Positions 61,678 to 64,000 of a stretch of DNA of 64,000 nucleotides are shown here, piece by piece (position 1 is the stretch's first letter; the number at the start of each line of letters is the position of its first letter). A program made the translations under genes and the position numbers. The notes under the pieces were generated by a model. That model made no database searches, had not been told where the DNA came from, and saw only the letters and a list, made by a program, of their open reading frames with translations. The stretch covers positions 4,650,001 to 4,714,000 of the forward strand of contig CM030333.1 of assembly GCA_017654855.1 (NCBI GenBank). Direction: 5' to 3'. This DNA comes from Podospora anserina. Lineage: Eukaryota.

Positions 61678-62542
61678 ATGACCACCAAGGAAGTCGTCGA
61701 CATTGTTGACAAGAAGGAGAAGAAGGAGAAAAAGAGCAAGGACAAGTCTGAGAAGAAAAAGGAAAAGCGCTCTGATTCTGCCGGTGTCACTAAGGAGAAG
61801 AAAGACAAGAAAAAGGACAAGGCCAAGCAGGAGAAGCTTGCCCGCGCCGCCGAGGCCCATCTTAATGCTGAGGCCGCTGCTGCGAAGGTGGACAGCGACG
61901 TCGAGGTCGATCCGGAGGATCTTATCAAGCCTGCCGAGGAGCTTGTCCCATTCGCCTTCCCCCTGGCCGATGACAAGACTCACAAGAAGATTTACAAGCT
62001 CATTAAGAAGGGTGCGTGCACAGCAATTGCCTCCAATCGACTCGCTTTTGCGCAGACCGATGCTAATCTGTTTTTTTCCTCTAGGCGCGAAAGTAAAGTC
62101 CATCCATCGCGGTGTTAAGGAGTGCGAGAAAGCTATCAAGAAGACACCTGCGAAGACCCCCGCGACTGCCCCTAGCGACGCCCCCGGCCTTGTCATCATT
62201 GCCGGCGACATCTCTCCTATGGATGTCATCATGCACTTCCCCCTCCTCTGCGAGGAGCACAACGTTCCCTACTTGTTCATCAAGTCCCGCGCCGACCTCG
62301 GTGTTGCCGCTTGCACCAAGCGCGCCACCAGTGTTGTCATGTTGAAGCCTTCAGGCAAGAAGGCTGGCAAAGACACCGAGATGACCGACGCTGATAAGAA
62401 GTCGTCGGCTGAGGAGTACCTCGAGTCCTACAAGGAGGTCCTGAGGATTGCTCAAAAGGAGTGGGATGCCCAGGTTCAGCCGTGGGTCAAGGGCACCCAC
62501 TCTAAGCAAATCGCCTACCGCCAGGCCAACAAGCAGCAGTAA
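61678..62542 (+). CDS. NHP2: H/ACA snoRNP protein Nhp2 (L7Ae family) with KKE/D-rich N-terminus
   Basis: ATG 61678, intron 62012-62084; PFAFPLAD..IHRGVKECEKAI..IAGDISPMDVIMHFPLLCEEHNVPY..TKRATSVVM. Confidence 0.92.
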
Positions 62543-64000
62543 ATCGGCGCTGCCTGAGCTCCCTGTTGCTGTTTGACTTCAAGGCAGCACGTTTTCTTGC
62601 TACATTCTCAGCAACCAGCATGATATACCCATACGGATACCCAGCTCCCCTTACTTGTCACGCGACTCTACCTCGGCATCGTTTGTTGGGCATGTCAGAA
62701 GCAGGGTTATCCTCCTCTCGATCTCTCCGTCTCTTCAGTCTTCCCTTTGCATCAAGTTTCTTCGACAACATGAGCAAACTGCGTATTCACACTATTAATA
62801 TTGCAAGAGCTTATCGTTCAGTCTTTGGAACAGCATCAATGGGGAATACCATGAGGGGCTTCAATGAGAGAATATCAGAACCAGAGGATATTTTCTTTCT
62901 TTCTCTGAACATCAATTTGAAGCATCTTGTCATTTTCTCGATGGCATGGTAGTCGTTGATTTGGCTTCCATTGGGTGTCAAACAAAAAAGGCCGGCGTTC
63001 AGGGGACATACTGGGGGGTTTTGTTCATTGTTTTCTTTTTTCGGCATTTGTTGAAGTACAAAACAAAAGGGAATGGGGGTTAGCGGTTAGCTTTCAGCCT
63101 TTTTGTAGGGTGTATAAAATATCACAAACACCGGATGGTGTTTTATATTCAATTTTGTTCATTTTGCTTTTGTGTGCTCCGACGAGAATGATAGACACCG
63201 TCGACAGAAGTACCCATCAACATTTGTCCACCTAGAATCCAACGCAGACTCCCGTCGTCCTATTCCGAAGCAACCTGCAACACGGCAGACCATCGCCAAT
63301 CTATCAGCACAAGAGATATACCACCCATCCCAAACTTACAGACCACAACACCAGCAAGCCTGGCATCAGGTACTCACTCCCATCAACTTCATGAGCATTC
63401 AACTAACAACTCATGAACAGAAAAACAAAACAACGTCCCACACATCCCAATGTCACACCTTCACCTTAACCACCTAACCACCTAACTCTCTATCAACTCC
63501 TCGTTACAGACAAACACAGCAACCCAACACCGCTCGGGAAAATTGCCCTCACTAAATCAACCCCATGCAGAGATGAACCCATGAGCCCCCTCATCAACAA
63601 CACTTGACACAACAACACTTGACACAGACAGACTCAAGATTCAACCCGTCTGTTTCAATGACGATACCCCCTTGACAGCCCAGCTTGGCAGGTTGAAAAA
63701 CACACCAACAACTACCGAGAACACCGTGACACGAGGATTTATCACAGCAGCCCGTGCTGGGCCTCCTGTGCCAATAGAACCGCGAATATCCCCTGTCTTG
63801 TTCGCGTTTGCTCGGATAGGTGATAACGAGTACTGTCGATTCCACTTTCTAGAAACGAGGGTGCTCTCTCATGTGTGTTTGGTGGTTTACTGAGATTCCA
63901 GCCATGTTTCAAGTTCGTCGGCTGAGAAAAGCCTTACGTGTTTAGCATGGGGATGTTGTTGGGAGCCAGAGAATTAGTAATTTTCATGATCACCACGGCA

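Overview
Intron-containing fungal nuclear DNA. The GT-AG introns with CTAAC/CTGAC branch sites and the gene content suggest a Sordariales ascomycete, possibly Podospora-like (inference). The window holds about 23 protein-coding genes, mostly conserved housekeeping genes: PPC decarboxylase (partial), NASP-type histone chaperone, Gyp1 RabGAP, Hrp1-type hnRNP, PhyH dioxygenase, Gtt3-like protein, cytochrome P450, ORP1-like protein, isocitrate lyase, Rad26L/ERCC6L2-like SNF2 ATPase, peroxisomal acyl-CoA dehydrogenase, Med1, a polyQ coiled-coil protein (candidate STRIPAK SCI1/SipB), PrxQ/Dot5, complex I 21.3 kDa subunit, Lto1, an SDR, Ard1/Naa10, a PY-motif protein, eIF2B-beta and Nhp2. Two signals stand out, neither fully visible in the ORF track. 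(1) At 41.2-43.8 kb is a tandem array of three diverged paralogous small secreted proteins that share a 10-Cys pattern and intron position; two of them also share an upstream motif. This is a candidate KP6-like toxin/effector module. (2) A hidden, frame-compatible 360-nt exon with its own Kozak ATG sits inside the 1.34 kb intron of the Hrp1 gene. No tRNA, rRNA, CRISPR array or intact transposon was found. All calls come from reading the sequence and recognising motifs; no database searches were run.
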